A stretch of 64,000 nt of DNA from contig NZ_DASXHN010000349.1 of assembly GCF_036488505.1 (NCBI RefSeq), positions 5,128 to 69,127 of the forward strand, in the 5' to 3' direction. Source of the DNA: Paraburkholderia sp. (GTDB lineage Bacteria; Pseudomonadota; Gammaproteobacteria; Burkholderiales; Burkholderiaceae). Numbering within the stretch: the stretch's first letter is position 1; the number at the start of each line of letters is the position of its first letter. A program made the position numbers and the translations under genes. Positions 52,674 to 62,758 of the stretch are shown in pieces. A model generated the notes under the pieces. The model saw nothing but the letters and a program-made list of their open reading frames with translations, made no database searches and was not told the DNA's origin.

Positions 52674-53132
52674 TCAAACGATCCGCACTCCACCGCGATA
52701 AGTCGCGCGCGGCACCGGCAGCGCGCCGAGCATCGTCACGCGCACGAAGTCGGCGCGCAGGCCGGGTTCGATCGTGCCGCGGTCGGTCAAACCGGCGGTG
52801 CGCGCCGGCCCGGACGAGACCGTCGCCATCGCGCGCGGCAGCGACCAGCCTGCTTTTTGCACCAGATCGACACCGCGGTCAACAAGCTCGACGGCACGTG
52901 GTCCGACGACAGAATGTCGAGCAGGTCCGCGCGCGCGAGATCCAGAGCCGACACGTTGCGCGAGTGCGAACCGCCGCGCACCACGTTCGGCGCGCCCATG
53001 ATCGTCGCGATACCGTGCTCGCGCGCGGCTTCAGCGGCGATGCGCGTGGTTGGAAATTCGGCGAGCACGATGCCTTCCGCCTTCGCCTGTTCGACGTGCT
53101 CGATCAACGTGTCGTCGTGGCTCGCGACTCAT
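52674..53132 (-). pseudogene. phnM: 3' remnant of phnM with a frameshift near 52870, joined out of frame to an orphan ATG
   Basis: VASHDD...AEFPTT..AA...MGAPNVVRGGSHS.NVSA..DILSSD in one frame; WSLPRA.A.VS..PA...GL.DRG.IEPGLRAD.VRV...G.RI in another frame. Confidence 0.9.
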
Positions 53133-53169
53133 CGGATTTCCTGTCGATCCAGCGAGTGGGCATTGGAGC

Positions 53170-53200
53170 ATCTATTCATCTAAACGTCTAGACGTCTATG
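53170..53200. promoter_or_regulatory. Putative PhnF (HutC-type GntR) operator array
   Basis: Perfect palindrome ACGTCTAGACGT (53184-53195) inside four 8-bp units: atctattc atctaaac gtctagac gtctatgg. Confidence 0.6.
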
Positions 53201-53234
53201 GGCAAACGTGCCGCGCAGTACCGCGTGCCGCGGT

Positions 53235-53269
53235 GTTTCATATTTCCATCACGGCTTGCGCACTACAAT
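53235..53269 (+). promoter_or_regulatory. Pho-box-like element and -10 box upstream of phnF
   Basis: GTTTCAT-ATTT-CCATCAC (7-4-7 spacing as in CTGTCAT-N4-CTGTCAC), then 11 nt, then TACAAT. Confidence 0.5.
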
Positions 53270-53312
53270 GCGCGTCATAGCGATCATTTGAACCTGGGGG
53301 AATGACAGCACC

Positions 53313-54071
53313 ATGACATCGAACGACAGCGCGACGCCGGCCACGACACTGGAACGCGGCGCCGGCGTGGCCGTCTGGCGGCAGATCGAACAGATTCTCG
53401 CCGCAGAGATCGCGGCTAGCGGCTTCGGCGACGAGGGCCGGCTGCCCAGCGAGGGCGAACTGGCCAAACGCTTCGACGTCAACCGCCATACCGTGCGCCG
53501 TGCGATGCTCGGCCTCGCCGCGCTCGGTCTCGTCAGCGTCGAGCAGGGGCGCGGCACCTTCGTGCAGCCCGGCGCGATCGACTACACGATCGGCCGCCGC
53601 ACGCGCTTCACCGAAAATCTGCGTCAGCAGCATCATGCGCCGGGCGGCAAGCTGCTGTCGGCCGCGCGCGTGAAGGCGGAGCCGGGCGTCGCGAAGGCGC
53701 TTGGCCTGCGTGCCGGCACTGCGGTGTATCGGATCGAATCGCTGAACGAGTCCGACGGCGTGCCGCTCACGTTCGCGCGCAGCTGGTATCCGGCGATGCG
53801 TTTCGCGGAGCTGCCGGAGGTGGTGCAGCGGGCCGGCGGGATGACGAAGGCGCTGGCCGAATACGGCGTGAACGATTATCTGCGCAAGTGGAGCCGTATC
53901 GGCAGTGTGTTGCCCGAGCCCGAGGTGGCGCGACGTTTGAACATCAATCGTCAGCAGCCGGTGCTGTGGGTCGAAAACCTCGACGTCGATCTGCAAGGTA
54001 CGCCGGTCAAATATGGCTTCACGCATTTCGCCGCGGATCGCGTGCAACTGTTCGTGGAGCATGACCTGTGA
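53313..54071 (+). CDS. phnF: Phosphonate metabolism regulator (GntR HTH + UTRA)
   Basis: WRQI, LPSE.ELA.RF.VNRHTVRRA, QGRGTFV, RTRF.ENL and FAADRVQ motifs. Confidence 0.93.
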   Translation: MTSNDSATPATTLERGAGVAVWRQIEQILAAEIAASGFGDEGRLPSEGELAKRFDVNRHTVRRAMLGLAALGLVSVEQGRGTFVQPGAIDYTIGRRTRFTENLRQQHHAPGGKLLSAARVKAEPGVAKALGLRAGTAVYRIESLNESDGVPLTFARSWYPAMRFAELPEVVQRAGGMTKALAEYGVNDYLRKWSRIGSVLPEPEVARRLNINRQQPVLWVENLDVDLQGTPVKYGFTHFAADRVQLFVEHDL

Positions 54072-54808
54072 GCGGCGCGTGGGGAACCTCGCACGCATCG
54101 GGGACACAAGCGCGCTTTGCCGTCTATTACGCGCCTTCGTATGCATCGGCGTGGTGGCAGGCAGGCTGCGCGTGGCTCGGCCGCGATGCGCAAACAGGCG
54201 ACGATTGCGTGCGGCCGCAGCCGCCTGGGTTGACGCGTCCATTGGCGGCACTTACCGATGCGCCGCGCCGCTACGGTTGGCATGGCACGCTGGTCGCACC
54301 GTTCAGCCCGGGCGCCGACATCAGGCAGGACGACGTGCTCGACGCGGTACGCGCGTGGGCGCTCACGCAACAGCGGTTTGCGTTGCCGGTGGAAGCAGCG
54401 ACGCTCGGTGACTTCGTCGCATTGCGTCCCGCCGATGCGCACGGCGATGCGCGTATGCGCGAAGTCGCGGCCAGCGCGCTGCAGGCGCTCGATACACTGC
54501 GCGCGCGGCCGTCGGCGGCCGATGTTGCGCGCCGGCTCGCCGCACCCCTTAGTGAACGGCAACGCGCGCTGTTGCTCGAATGGGGCTATCCGTACGTGTT
54601 CGACGAGTTCCGTTTTCATATGACGCTGTCGAACTCGCTCGCCGATGCCGCCGAGCGCACGACGTTGCTCGCCTGGTGGCGGCAGCGCACGCCCGAACTC
54701 GGACCGCTCGCGATCGATCAGGCCGCGCTATTCGTCGAGCCGGCGCCGGGCGAGCCGTTCATGCTATGGCAGCGTCTGCCGTTTCGCGGCGAGGCGTGCC
54801 GCGAATGA
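54068..54808 (+). CDS. DUF1045 (2H-phosphoesterase-like) phn-associated protein
   Basis: RFAVYYAP, WLGRD, PRRYG.HGTL.APF and WGYPYVFDEFRFHMTL motifs. Confidence 0.88.
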   Translation: MSGAWGTSHASGTQARFAVYYAPSYASAWWQAGCAWLGRDAQTGDDCVRPQPPGLTRPLAALTDAPRRYGWHGTLVAPFSPGADIRQDDVLDAVRAWALTQQRFALPVEAATLGDFVALRPADAHGDARMREVAASALQALDTLRARPSAADVARRLAAPLSERQRALLLEWGYPYVFDEFRFHMTLSNSLADAAERTTLLAWWRQRTPELGPLAIDQAALFVEPAPGEPFMLWQRLPFRGEACRE

Positions 54809-54843
54809 TCGCAACGACAGTGGCGCAACGAGGTGAACCGGCA

Positions 54844-55395
54844 ATGACGGTGCGTTTGATCTATGTGATGGGCCCATCGGGCGCGGGCAAGGATTCGCTG
54901 CTCGAATTCGCGCGCAAGCGGCTCGTGGGCGAGCCGATCCTCTTCGCGCATCGCTACATCACGCGGCCGAGCGGCAACGGCGAGGCGCATGTCGCATTGA
55001 GCGTCGAGGAATTCGCCGCGCGCTCGGCACGGGGGCTGTTCGCGCTCGAATGGTCGAGTCATTCGCTGCGCTACGGCATCGGTATCGAACTCGATGCGTG
55101 GCTCGCGCGTGGCTGTACGGTGGTCGTCAATGGTTCGCGGCAGTACCTGCAACACGCGCTCGCGCGTTATTCGCGTGCGGAAGTGGTCCACGTGAACGCC
55201 GCCGCGCATATTCTCGAAGCGCGGCTCGGCGCGCGGGCGCGCGAATCGGCGGAGCAGGTCGCTGCACGGCTGGCGCGGCGCGCGCCGTTTTCGTTGCCCG
55301 ACGGCGTGCGCTGCACGACGATCGACAATTCCGGCGCACTGGAAGACGCGGGGCATGCGTTGATCGCGGTGCTGAAGGAGTCCGTGAGCGCCTGA
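54844..55395 (+). CDS. phnN: Ribose 1,5-bisphosphokinase
   Basis: GPSGAGKDS P-loop; HRYITR, FAL.W..H...YGIG and VVNGSR motifs; alternative start at 54805. Confidence 0.92.
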   Translation: MTVRLIYVMGPSGAGKDSLLEFARKRLVGEPILFAHRYITRPSGNGEAHVALSVEEFAARSARGLFALEWSSHSLRYGIGIELDAWLARGCTVVVNGSRQYLQHALARYSRAEVVHVNAAAHILEARLGARARESAEQVAARLARRAPFSLPDGVRCTTIDNSGALEDAGHALIAVLKESVSA

Positions 55396-55469
55396 AGAGC
55401 GGAAAAAGCGGGGGAAAAACGGCGAGTAAGCGCACGACGCGCGCCCGCGATAAGCCCGCGTCACGCGCG

Positions 55470-56378
55470 CTACTGCTCGCTGTCGATCCTGTCGCGCGTC
55501 GCTTGCCGCAAACACACGACGAACTGCTGCACGGCCGGCGTCGGCAGCAGGTCGCGCCGCGACAGGATGCTCAGATCGTAATTCGGCAACGCGTCCTCGA
55601 TCTGCGCGACGCGGATGCCGAGCGGCGCGACCATCCGCGCAAGCGGCCGGGTGAAGCAACCGATCACGTCGGTTTGCGACACGAGCCCGAGCGTCACCGC
55701 AAACGACGACGGCGCGCGCAACATCCGCTTCGGCACTGGCAGGCCATGCGCGCTGAACATCGCCAACATCACGCTGTGCGGGAAGTGATCGGCGCCGACG
55801 GTCACGATCCACTCGGCGTCGAGCAACTCGTGCAAACGCGTGACGCGTGCGAGCGGATGGCCCGCGCGCATCGTCACGACGAACTGCGTCGAGTAGAGCG
55901 GCACCTGCACGAGGTCCGCGTCCAAAGCCTGCACGTGATGGATTGCTGCGAGATCGAGTGTGCCGTTGCGCAAACGCGCGAGCGCATCGGGCACGGTGAC
56001 TTCTTCCAGATGCAGATTCACGAGCGGCATCTTCTCGCGGAAGTTCGACACCGCATGCGGCAGCACGGTTAGCGCGAGCGATGGCATCGTGCCGACGCTG
56101 ACTTTGCCGGCCAGTTCTCCCTTGACCTGCTCGACGGCTTCAACGGTACGGCGCATGTCGCCGAGCAACTGCTCGGCGCGCGGCAGCAGCGCGAGGCCGC
56201 ACGCGGTCAGCTCGATGCCGCGCACGCTGCGCACCATCAGCTCCGCGTTGAGCGCGCTCTCGAGCTCGCGAATCGTATGCGTGACGGCCGGCTGCGTGAC
56301 GCCGAGTTCGCGCGCCGCGGCTCGCAGGCTGCGGTGATGCGCGGCGGCGACGAAGGCCTGCAACTGCTGCAGCTTCAT
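55470..56378 (-). CDS. LysR family regulator
   Basis: MKLQQLQAF..AA...SLRAAARELGVTQPAVT helix-turn-helix. Confidence 0.92.
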   Translation of the reverse strand: MKLQQLQAFVAAAHHRSLRAAARELGVTQPAVTHTIRELESALNAELMVRSVRGIELTACGLALLPRAEQLLGDMRRTVEAVEQVKGELAGKVSVGTMPSLALTVLPHAVSNFREKMPLVNLHLEEVTVPDALARLRNGTLDLAAIHHVQALDADLVQVPLYSTQFVVTMRAGHPLARVTRLHELLDAEWIVTVGADHFPHSVMLAMFSAHGLPVPKRMLRAPSSFAVTLGLVSQTDVIGCFTRPLARMVAPLGIRVAQIEDALPNYDLSILSRRDLLPTPAVQQFVVCLRQATRDRIDSEQ

Positions 56379-56547
56379 GAGGGAAAGCCCGTATATAAAG
56401 GGAGTTAATCGGGGTAAAAAAAAGAGCATCTTATTCGAAGCCGGCCGCCTCGCTATATTGCGGGGCTGCTTGCCACCTTTTAGCCGCGCTTTGAGCGACC
56501 TTTCTCCCGCCCCGCTCGCCGCCCATGAACCTTGGAGCAACAAAACA

Positions 56548-57738
56548 ATGAATCACACCCCGCGTTTGACCGAACTGTCCGACCTGCAACCCGCTGCCGC
56601 GAGCCTGCGCGAGATTCGCCATCACATTCATCACCATCCGGAACTCGCTTACGAGGAAGTGCAAACCGCCGCGCTGGTCGCGGACAAGCTCGAGCAGTGG
56701 GGTTGGCAGGTCACGCGCGGGGTCGGCAAAACAGGCGTGGTCGGTACGCTGACGGTGGGCGACGGCAAGCGCAGCATCGGCATTCGCGCGGACATGGATG
56801 CGCTGCCGATCATCGAGCAGACCGGGCTGCCGTACGCGAGCGGCATACACGGCAAGATGCACGCATGCGGCCATGACGGCCACACGACGATCCTGCTCGG
56901 CGCCGCGCAACGCCTGGCCGCGACGCGCAATTTTTCGGGCACCGTACATCTGTACTTTCAGCCGGCCGAGGAAAGCGGCATCGACAGCGGCGCGATGAAG
57001 ATGATCAACGACGGCCTGTTCGAACGCTTCCCATGCGACGCCGTCTTCGGCTTGCACAATCACCCGGGCGCGGAACCGGGTGTGCTGCTGTTCCGCAAGG
57101 GGCCGTTCATGTCGGCGGGCGACAAGGCGGTCATCACGATCGAAGGCGTCGGCGGCCATGCGGCGCGTCCGCATCTGACCGTCGATCCGGTGGTGATCGC
57201 CGCCAGCATCGTGATGGCGTTGCAGACCATCGTCGCGCGCAATGTCGATCCATCGCAGCCGGCGGTCGTCACGGTCGGCTCGATGCACGCGGGCACCGCG
57301 AACAACGTGATTTCGGGTAGCGCGAAGCTGGAATTGAGCGTGCGTTCATTCAGCCCGGAAGTGCGCGCGCTGCTGAAAAAGCGCATCACCGAACTCGCCG
57401 AATCGCAGGCCGCCAGCTATGGCGGCAAGGCGCTGGTCGAGTACATAGAAGGCTATCCGGTCGTGATCAATAGCGACGCCGAGACCGATTTCGCGGTGCA
57501 GGTCGCGCGTGAGCTGGTCGGCGACGACAAGGTGGTCGAACAGACCGACATCCTGATGGGCAGCGAGGACTTCGCGTTCATGCTGCAGAAGCGGCCGGGC
57601 ACGTTCCTGCGCATCGGCAACGGCGTCGGCGAGGATGGCTGCATGGTGCACAACCCGCACTACGACTTCAACGACCACAGCCTGCCGATCGGCGCGGCAT
57701 TCTGGGCGCGGCTCGTGGAGCGCTATCTGGCGCAGTGA
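56548..57738 (+). CDS. M20D amidohydrolase (hippurate hydrolase-like)
   Basis: HPEL, RADMDALP, MHACGHDGH, FQPAEE, GSEDF and HNPHYDFND motifs. Confidence 0.93.
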   Translation: MNHTPRLTELSDLQPAAASLREIRHHIHHHPELAYEEVQTAALVADKLEQWGWQVTRGVGKTGVVGTLTVGDGKRSIGIRADMDALPIIEQTGLPYASGIHGKMHACGHDGHTTILLGAAQRLAATRNFSGTVHLYFQPAEESGIDSGAMKMINDGLFERFPCDAVFGLHNHPGAEPGVLLFRKGPFMSAGDKAVITIEGVGGHAARPHLTVDPVVIAASIVMALQTIVARNVDPSQPAVVTVGSMHAGTANNVISGSAKLELSVRSFSPEVRALLKKRITELAESQAASYGGKALVEYIEGYPVVINSDAETDFAVQVARELVGDDKVVEQTDILMGSEDFAFMLQKRPGTFLRIGNGVGEDGCMVHNPHYDFNDHSLPIGAAFWARLVERYLAQ

Positions 57739-57831
57739 ATGATGCGGTGAGGGTGCGGTCGGCGCGCAATCCGCGGGCAACCGCGCACCAGCCGATCGAC
57801 TGAGCGACTCGTGGCGCGGTGGCGCGCTGCG

Positions 57832-58656
57832 TCAGCCGCGCCGCGCAACCATCTCCGAGACCGTCTGCGCGGCTTCCTGCAGCGGATCCAGAAACGCCTT
57901 CACCATCTGCTTCGCCGAATTGCGCTGCGCGTTGCCGCTGATGTTCATTGCGGCGATCACGCGCCCCTGGCGGTTACGGATCGGCGCGGACAGCGAAATC
58001 AAGCCGCCTTCCAGTTCCTGATCGACGATCGCCCAGCCCTGGCGGCGCACCTGTGCGATCAGCTTCTTCAACTCTTCCTTGTCGGTGACCGTGCGGGGCG
58101 TGTGCGCGTGAAGCGGCGACAGGCTCAGCGTCGCGTCGAGCGATTCGTCGTCGAGCGCGGCGAGCAGCACGCGGCCCATCGATGTGCAATACGCGGGCAG
58201 GCGGCTGCCGATCGACAGATTGATCGTCATGATCTTGTGAGTCGGCACGCGCAGCACGTAGACGATCTCGGTTCGGTCGAGCACGGCCGCCGAGCAGCTT
58301 TCGTGCACCTGCGCCGACAGGCTCTCCATCACCGGTTCCGCGAGATTCCAGAACGGCATCGACGTCAGATAGGCAAAGCCGAGGTCGAGAATCTTCGGCG
58401 TCAGACGGAACAGGCGTCCTTCGGCTTCCACGTAGCCGAGCGTCTGCAGTGTCAGGAGAATCCGCCGTGCGCCGGCGCGTGTGAGTCCGGTGGTCGCGGC
58501 GACGTCGGTGAGCGTCTGTTCCGGGCGCGTTGCGTCGAACGCGCGGATCACCGCAAGGCCGCGCGCGAACGACTGCACGTACGAGTCGCCCGGTTTGTCG
58601 GGGGCCGGTTCTGCGTTGGCGGCTACAACGGAAGACGGCGGCAGGGCTTTGCTCAT
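57832..58656 (-). CDS. pcaR: IclR family regulator, PcaR/PobR-like
   Basis: YVQSFARGL.VI.AF, TRAGARR.LLTL..LGY, GSRLPAY.TSMGRV and VDQELE motifs; pcaF nearby. Confidence 0.8.
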   Translation of the reverse strand: MSKALPPSSVVAANAEPAPDKPGDSYVQSFARGLAVIRAFDATRPEQTLTDVAATTGLTRAGARRILLTLQTLGYVEAEGRLFRLTPKILDLGFAYLTSMPFWNLAEPVMESLSAQVHESCSAAVLDRTEIVYVLRVPTHKIMTINLSIGSRLPAYCTSMGRVLLAALDDESLDATLSLSPLHAHTPRTVTDKEELKKLIAQVRRQGWAIVDQELEGGLISLSAPIRNRQGRVIAAMNISGNAQRNSAKQMVKAFLDPLQEAAQTVSEMVARRG

Positions 58657-58890
58657 GGATCTCGAAGAATGCGTTCGGAAGAGTGCGCACGGCCGGCGCG
58701 CTGGTTGACGCGTTGCGTCGCGATGCAAGGTGGCGCAAAGGCGAGACGATAGCTTAAGCCTTCTGATTCGCCAAATGACGCGCAGTCGCTCGAAAGTCCC
58801 AGGGTTTGCGCGGATGCGATTCGCCATCTCGGATTTGTATGATGACCGTATAACCGGACCAGTTGTTCGGAGCGGATGCGATCCATCGTC

Positions 58891-59595
58891 ATGTTCGAAA
58901 AAATTCCAGCGCGCGCGCTCAGCGACACCGTCGCGCAACAACTGCTCAAACAGATCGACAAAGGCACCTTCGCGCGCGGCGGCAAGCTGCCCACCGAAGC
59001 CGTACTCGCCGGGCAGTTCGGCGTGAGCCGCACGGTGATCCGCGAGGCGGTCTCGCGGCTCAAGAACGAGGGCGTGGTCGAGCCGCGCCAGGGCAGCGGG
59101 GTGTTCGTCGCGGGGCACGGCGCGGTCCGGCCGCTGCGGATCGATTACGCGGAAGCGGTCGAGCCGGGCGCGGTCGTGCAGATTCTCGCGCTGCGACGCG
59201 CGATCGAAGCCGAAGTCGCAGCCGAAGCAGCGCTGCGCCGCGGCGACGCGGACATCGCCGCGATCGACACCGCGCTGCGCGATATCGACCAGGCGGTGGC
59301 CGACGGCGACGACGGTGTCGCCGAAGACGTCGCCTTTCATCGCGCGATCGCGGCCGCCACCGGCAATCCCTACTTCCTGAAAACGCTGACGTTCCTCAAT
59401 CAGTACCTCGAGGCGGGCACCGTCGTCACGCGCCGCAACGAGGCGCTGCGCGAGGACTTCTCGCGCCAGGTGCGCGACGAGCACGCAATGATCGCCGCGG
59501 CAATCCGCGCGGGCGATCCGCTGGCGGCGCGTCATGCCGCGCAGACGCATCTGTACAACGCGGCGCGGCGGCTCGCCGAAGCGGGCATCGCGTGA
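58891..59595 (+). CDS. FadR/GntR family regulator
   Basis: LPTE..LA..FGVSRTVIREA and D.AFH.AIA.A.GN motifs; TTGTATGATGAC FadR-like site at about 58835. Confidence 0.9.
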   Translation: MFEKIPARALSDTVAQQLLKQIDKGTFARGGKLPTEAVLAGQFGVSRTVIREAVSRLKNEGVVEPRQGSGVFVAGHGAVRPLRIDYAEAVEPGAVVQILALRRAIEAEVAAEAALRRGDADIAAIDTALRDIDQAVADGDDGVAEDVAFHRAIAAATGNPYFLKTLTFLNQYLEAGTVVTRRNEALREDFSRQVRDEHAMIAAAIRAGDPLAARHAAQTHLYNAARRLAEAGIA

Positions 59596-59688
59596 CGCGA
59601 GCGACGCACGCGCGCAACAAAGAAGAACCGGCGGGCCATGCTGGCCGCCGCTGACGACCAACGCAGCATCACTTGATAGAGGTCACGT

Positions 59689-60579
59689 ATGTCGAGACAT
59701 GTCGGTGTCATCGGTCTGGGCGCGATGGGGCTGGGCGTCGCCCGCTCGCTGCTGCGCGCGGGCTTTCGGGTCCATGCGTGCGATCTGCGCGGCGACGTGC
59801 TGCAGGCGTTCGTCGCTGAGGGCGGTGTCGGCTGCGCGAGTCCCGCCGAGCTCGGCGCGCAGTGTGAGGTCGTGATCACGCTGGTCGTCAACGCGGCGCA
59901 AACCGAAACCGTGCTGCTCGGCGAGCACGGTGCGCTGGCGGCGATGAAGCCGGGCGGCGTGGTGATTGCGAGCGCCACGGTCGCACCGGAGTTCGCGAGC
60001 GAACTCGGCAAACGCGTCGAGGCAGCCGGCTTGCAGATGCTCGATGCGCCGGTATCCGGCGGCGCCGCGCGCGCCGGATCGGGCGAGATGACGATGATGA
60101 CCTCCGGCCCGGCGGCGGCGTATGCCGCTTGCGAGGACGTGCTCGCCGCGATCGCCGGCAATGTGTATCGGCTCGGTTCAGCGCACGGCGCGGGCTCGAA
60201 AGTCAAGATCATCAACCAGTTGCTGGCCGGCGTGCATATCGCCGCAGCCGCCGAGGCGATGGCGCTCGGCTTGCGCGAAGGCGTCGATGCCGACGCGCTG
60301 TACGACGTCATCACGCACAGCGCCGGCAATTCGTGGATGTTCGAAAACCGCGTGCCGCACATCCTCGCGGGCGATTACACGCCGCTGTCCGCGGTCGATA
60401 TCTTCGTCAAGGACCTCGGGCTCGTGCTCGACACCGCGCGCCGCACGAAATTTCCGCTGCCGCTTTCGGCGGCCGCGCATCAGATGTTCATGATGGCGTC
60501 GGCGGCGGGCCACGGTGGCGAAGACGACTCGGCAGTCGTGAAAATTTTCCCCGGCATCGAGTTGCCGGCGGCGACCTAA
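59689..60579 (+). CDS. ltnD: L-threonate dehydrogenase
   Basis: GLGAMG.G.A, DAPVSGG, KIINQLLAGVHIA, GNSWMFENR.PH and SAVDIFVKDL motifs. Confidence 0.9.
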   Translation: MSRHVGVIGLGAMGLGVARSLLRAGFRVHACDLRGDVLQAFVAEGGVGCASPAELGAQCEVVITLVVNAAQTETVLLGEHGALAAMKPGGVVIASATVAPEFASELGKRVEAAGLQMLDAPVSGGAARAGSGEMTMMTSGPAAAYAACEDVLAAIAGNVYRLGSAHGAGSKVKIINQLLAGVHIAAAAEAMALGLREGVDADALYDVITHSAGNSWMFENRVPHILAGDYTPLSAVDIFVKDLGLVLDTARRTKFPLPLSAAAHQMFMMASAAGHGGEDDSAVVKIFPGIELPAAT

Positions 60580-60591
60580 GCGGGAGCATCC

Positions 60592-60757
60592 GTGACGACG
60601 GTCAGCGCACAATCGGCTGTATGAACGGCGCGCGGCCTGCCTGCATCGCCGACGATTTCACCGGAGCCGTCGGCCTCGCCGACATGCTCATGCGCGGCAT
60701 GCGCAGGGTACAGACGATCGGCGCGTGCGCGTCGAACGCAGCCGGCGATGCCACGGC
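60592..60757 (+). pseudogene. otnK: Decayed 5' stub of 3-oxo-tetronate kinase (DUF1537 family)
   Basis: ACIADDFTGAVGLADMLMRGMRRVQTIG resembles the OtnK N-terminus GCIADDFTGATDLA..L...GMRTVQ.IG. The GTG at 60592 after GGGAG is out of frame, and the rest of the gene is absent. Confidence 0.8.
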
Positions 60758-60841
60758 AAGGCACACCTGTCGCCATCGCGCGCCGCGCACGTGTCCGCAT
60801 GAATGCCGCGCCTATCACACGCTTTTCAAGGAGTTGCCGCT

Positions 60842-61630
60842 ATGCCTCGCTTTGCCGCCAATCTATCGATGATGTACACCGAGCACGCGTTTCTCGATCG
60901 CTTTGCCGCCGCCGCGCGAGACGGCTTCAAGGCGGTCGAATTCCTGTTTCCGTACGAGTTCCGCGCGGGCGAGCTGAAAGCGCGGCTCGATGCACAGGGC
61001 CTCACCCAGGCGCTTTTCAATGCGCCGCCGGGCGACTGGAATAGCGGCGAGCGCGGCTTCGCTTCGTTGCCCGGCCGCGAAGACGAATTCAAGCGTAGCG
61101 TCGAAACGGCGCTCGACTACGCGCGCGTGCTCGGCAATAGCAAGCTGCATGTGATGGCGGGCCTGATCGCCAGCGATCAATCGCGCGACCGGCATCGCGA
61201 CGTCTATCTGAAGAATCTCGCCTATGCCGCGCAGGCGGCGCAAGCCGAACAGATCACCGTGGTGATCGAGCCGATCAATACGCGCGACATACCCGGCTAT
61301 TTCCTCAATCGCCAGGACGACGCGCAGGCCATCTGCGCGGAAGCCGGCGCGCCGAATCTGCAGGTGCAGTTCGACTGCTATCACTGCCAGATCGTCGAGG
61401 GCGATCTCGCGATGAAACTGCGGCGCGATATGTCGGGCATCGGCCATATACAAGTCGCCGGCGTGCCGGAGCGCCACGAGCCGGATATCGGCGAGTTGAA
61501 TTACCCGTATTTGTTCGATCTGATCGATTCGCTCGGCTACGACGGCTACATCGGCTGCGAATACCGGCCGCGTGCCGGGACCTCGGCGGGGCTCGGCTGG
61601 ATCAGGCCTTATCTGGACGCGGCGACCTGA
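60842..61630 (+). CDS. otnI: 2-oxo-tetronate isomerase (Hyi family)
   Basis: [38 protein letters not shown] and RHEPD.GE motifs. Confidence 0.9.
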   Translation: MPRFAANLSMMYTEHAFLDRFAAAARDGFKAVEFLFPYEFRAGELKARLDAQGLTQALFNAPPGDWNSGERGFASLPGREDEFKRSVETALDYARVLGNSKLHVMAGLIASDQSRDRHRDVYLKNLAYAAQAAQAEQITVVIEPINTRDIPGYFLNRQDDAQAICAEAGAPNLQVQFDCYHCQIVEGDLAMKLRRDMSGIGHIQVAGVPERHEPDIGELNYPYLFDLIDSLGYDGYIGCEYRPRAGTSAGLGWIRPYLDAAT

Positions 61631-61679
61631 GCGTCGCGCACTATCGCTCATCTCCATCAATCATTACGGACACGCAACC

Positions 61680-62660
61680 ATGAAAGTACTGATCACCGGC
61701 GGCGCGGGTTTTCTCGGCCAGCGCCTTGCTCGCGAGCTGCTCGCGCGCGGTTCGCTGAAGGGCCCCGATGGCGCGCCGCAAGCGATCTCCGAGCTGGTGC
61801 TGCTCGACGTCGTGCGCGCCAACGATTTCGGCGACCGGCGCGTGCGCACCGAAGTCGGCGATATCGCCGAGCGCAGCGTGCTCGAACGCGCGATCGGCGG
61901 CGACACTGCGGCGATTTTCCATCTGGCCGCGATCGTCAGCGGCCAGGCCGAGGCGGATTTCGATCTCGGCATGCGCATCAATCTCGACGCGTCGCGCCTG
62001 CTGCTCGAAATCTGCCGCCAGCGCGGGCATCGACCGCGCGTCGTGTTCACCAGTTCGGTTGCGGTGTATGGCGGCGATCTGCCCGACGTCGTGCAGGACG
62101 ACACCGCGCTTAATCCGCAATCGTCATACGGCACGCAGAAGGCGATCGCCGAATTGCTGCTCAACGACTACGCGCGGCGCGGCTTCGTCGACGGCCGCGT
62201 GCTGCGGCTGCCGACGATCAGCGTGCGGCCGGGGCGGCCGAATGCGGCGGCATCGTCGTTCGCGAGCGGCATCATCCGCGAACCGCTCAATGGCGAGGAG
62301 GCCGTCTGTCCCGTCGCGGGTTCGACGCGGCTCTGGCTGCTGTCGCCGCGTAAGGCGATCGAAAGCATGATCGCCGGGCTTGAACTCGACGCCGCCGCGC
62401 TCGGCCGGCAGCGCGCGGTGAATCTGCCGGGAATTTCGGTCAGCGTCGACGAGATGATCGCGGCGCTGCGGGAGGTTGCCGGTGACGCGGTGGCGAGCCG
62501 CATCGTGCGGCAGCCCGACGAGCGCATCGAGAAGATCGTCGGCAGCTGGCCGGGTGCGTGGGACACGTCGCGCGCCGAACGGCTCGGGCTAGCCGGCGAG
62601 CGCGGCTTCGCGGACGTGATTCGCGCCTATATCGAGGACGAGGGGATCGCGGTGCGCTGA
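61680..62660 (+). CDS. denD: D-erythronate dehydrogenase
   Basis: TGGAGFLG, HLAAIVSGQAEADFDLG, SYGTQK and RLPTI.VRPG.PN.AASSF motifs. Confidence 0.9.
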   Translation: MKVLITGGAGFLGQRLARELLARGSLKGPDGAPQAISELVLLDVVRANDFGDRRVRTEVGDIAERSVLERAIGGDTAAIFHLAAIVSGQAEADFDLGMRINLDASRLLLEICRQRGHRPRVVFTSSVAVYGGDLPDVVQDDTALNPQSSYGTQKAIAELLLNDYARRGFVDGRVLRLPTISVRPGRPNAAASSFASGIIREPLNGEEAVCPVAGSTRLWLLSPRKAIESMIAGLELDAAALGRQRAVNLPGISVSVDEMIAALREVAGDAVASRIVRQPDERIEKIVGSWPGAWDTSRAERLGLAGERGFADVIRAYIEDEGIAVR

Positions 62661-62758
62661 AGTCCGTTCGAGCAAGGCCGAGCGTATTCCCTGGTGTCCG
62701 GTCGCATGGCTCCGGCCATGCTTGACATGCTTTCGCCCACACCTCATCATCGAGTCTG

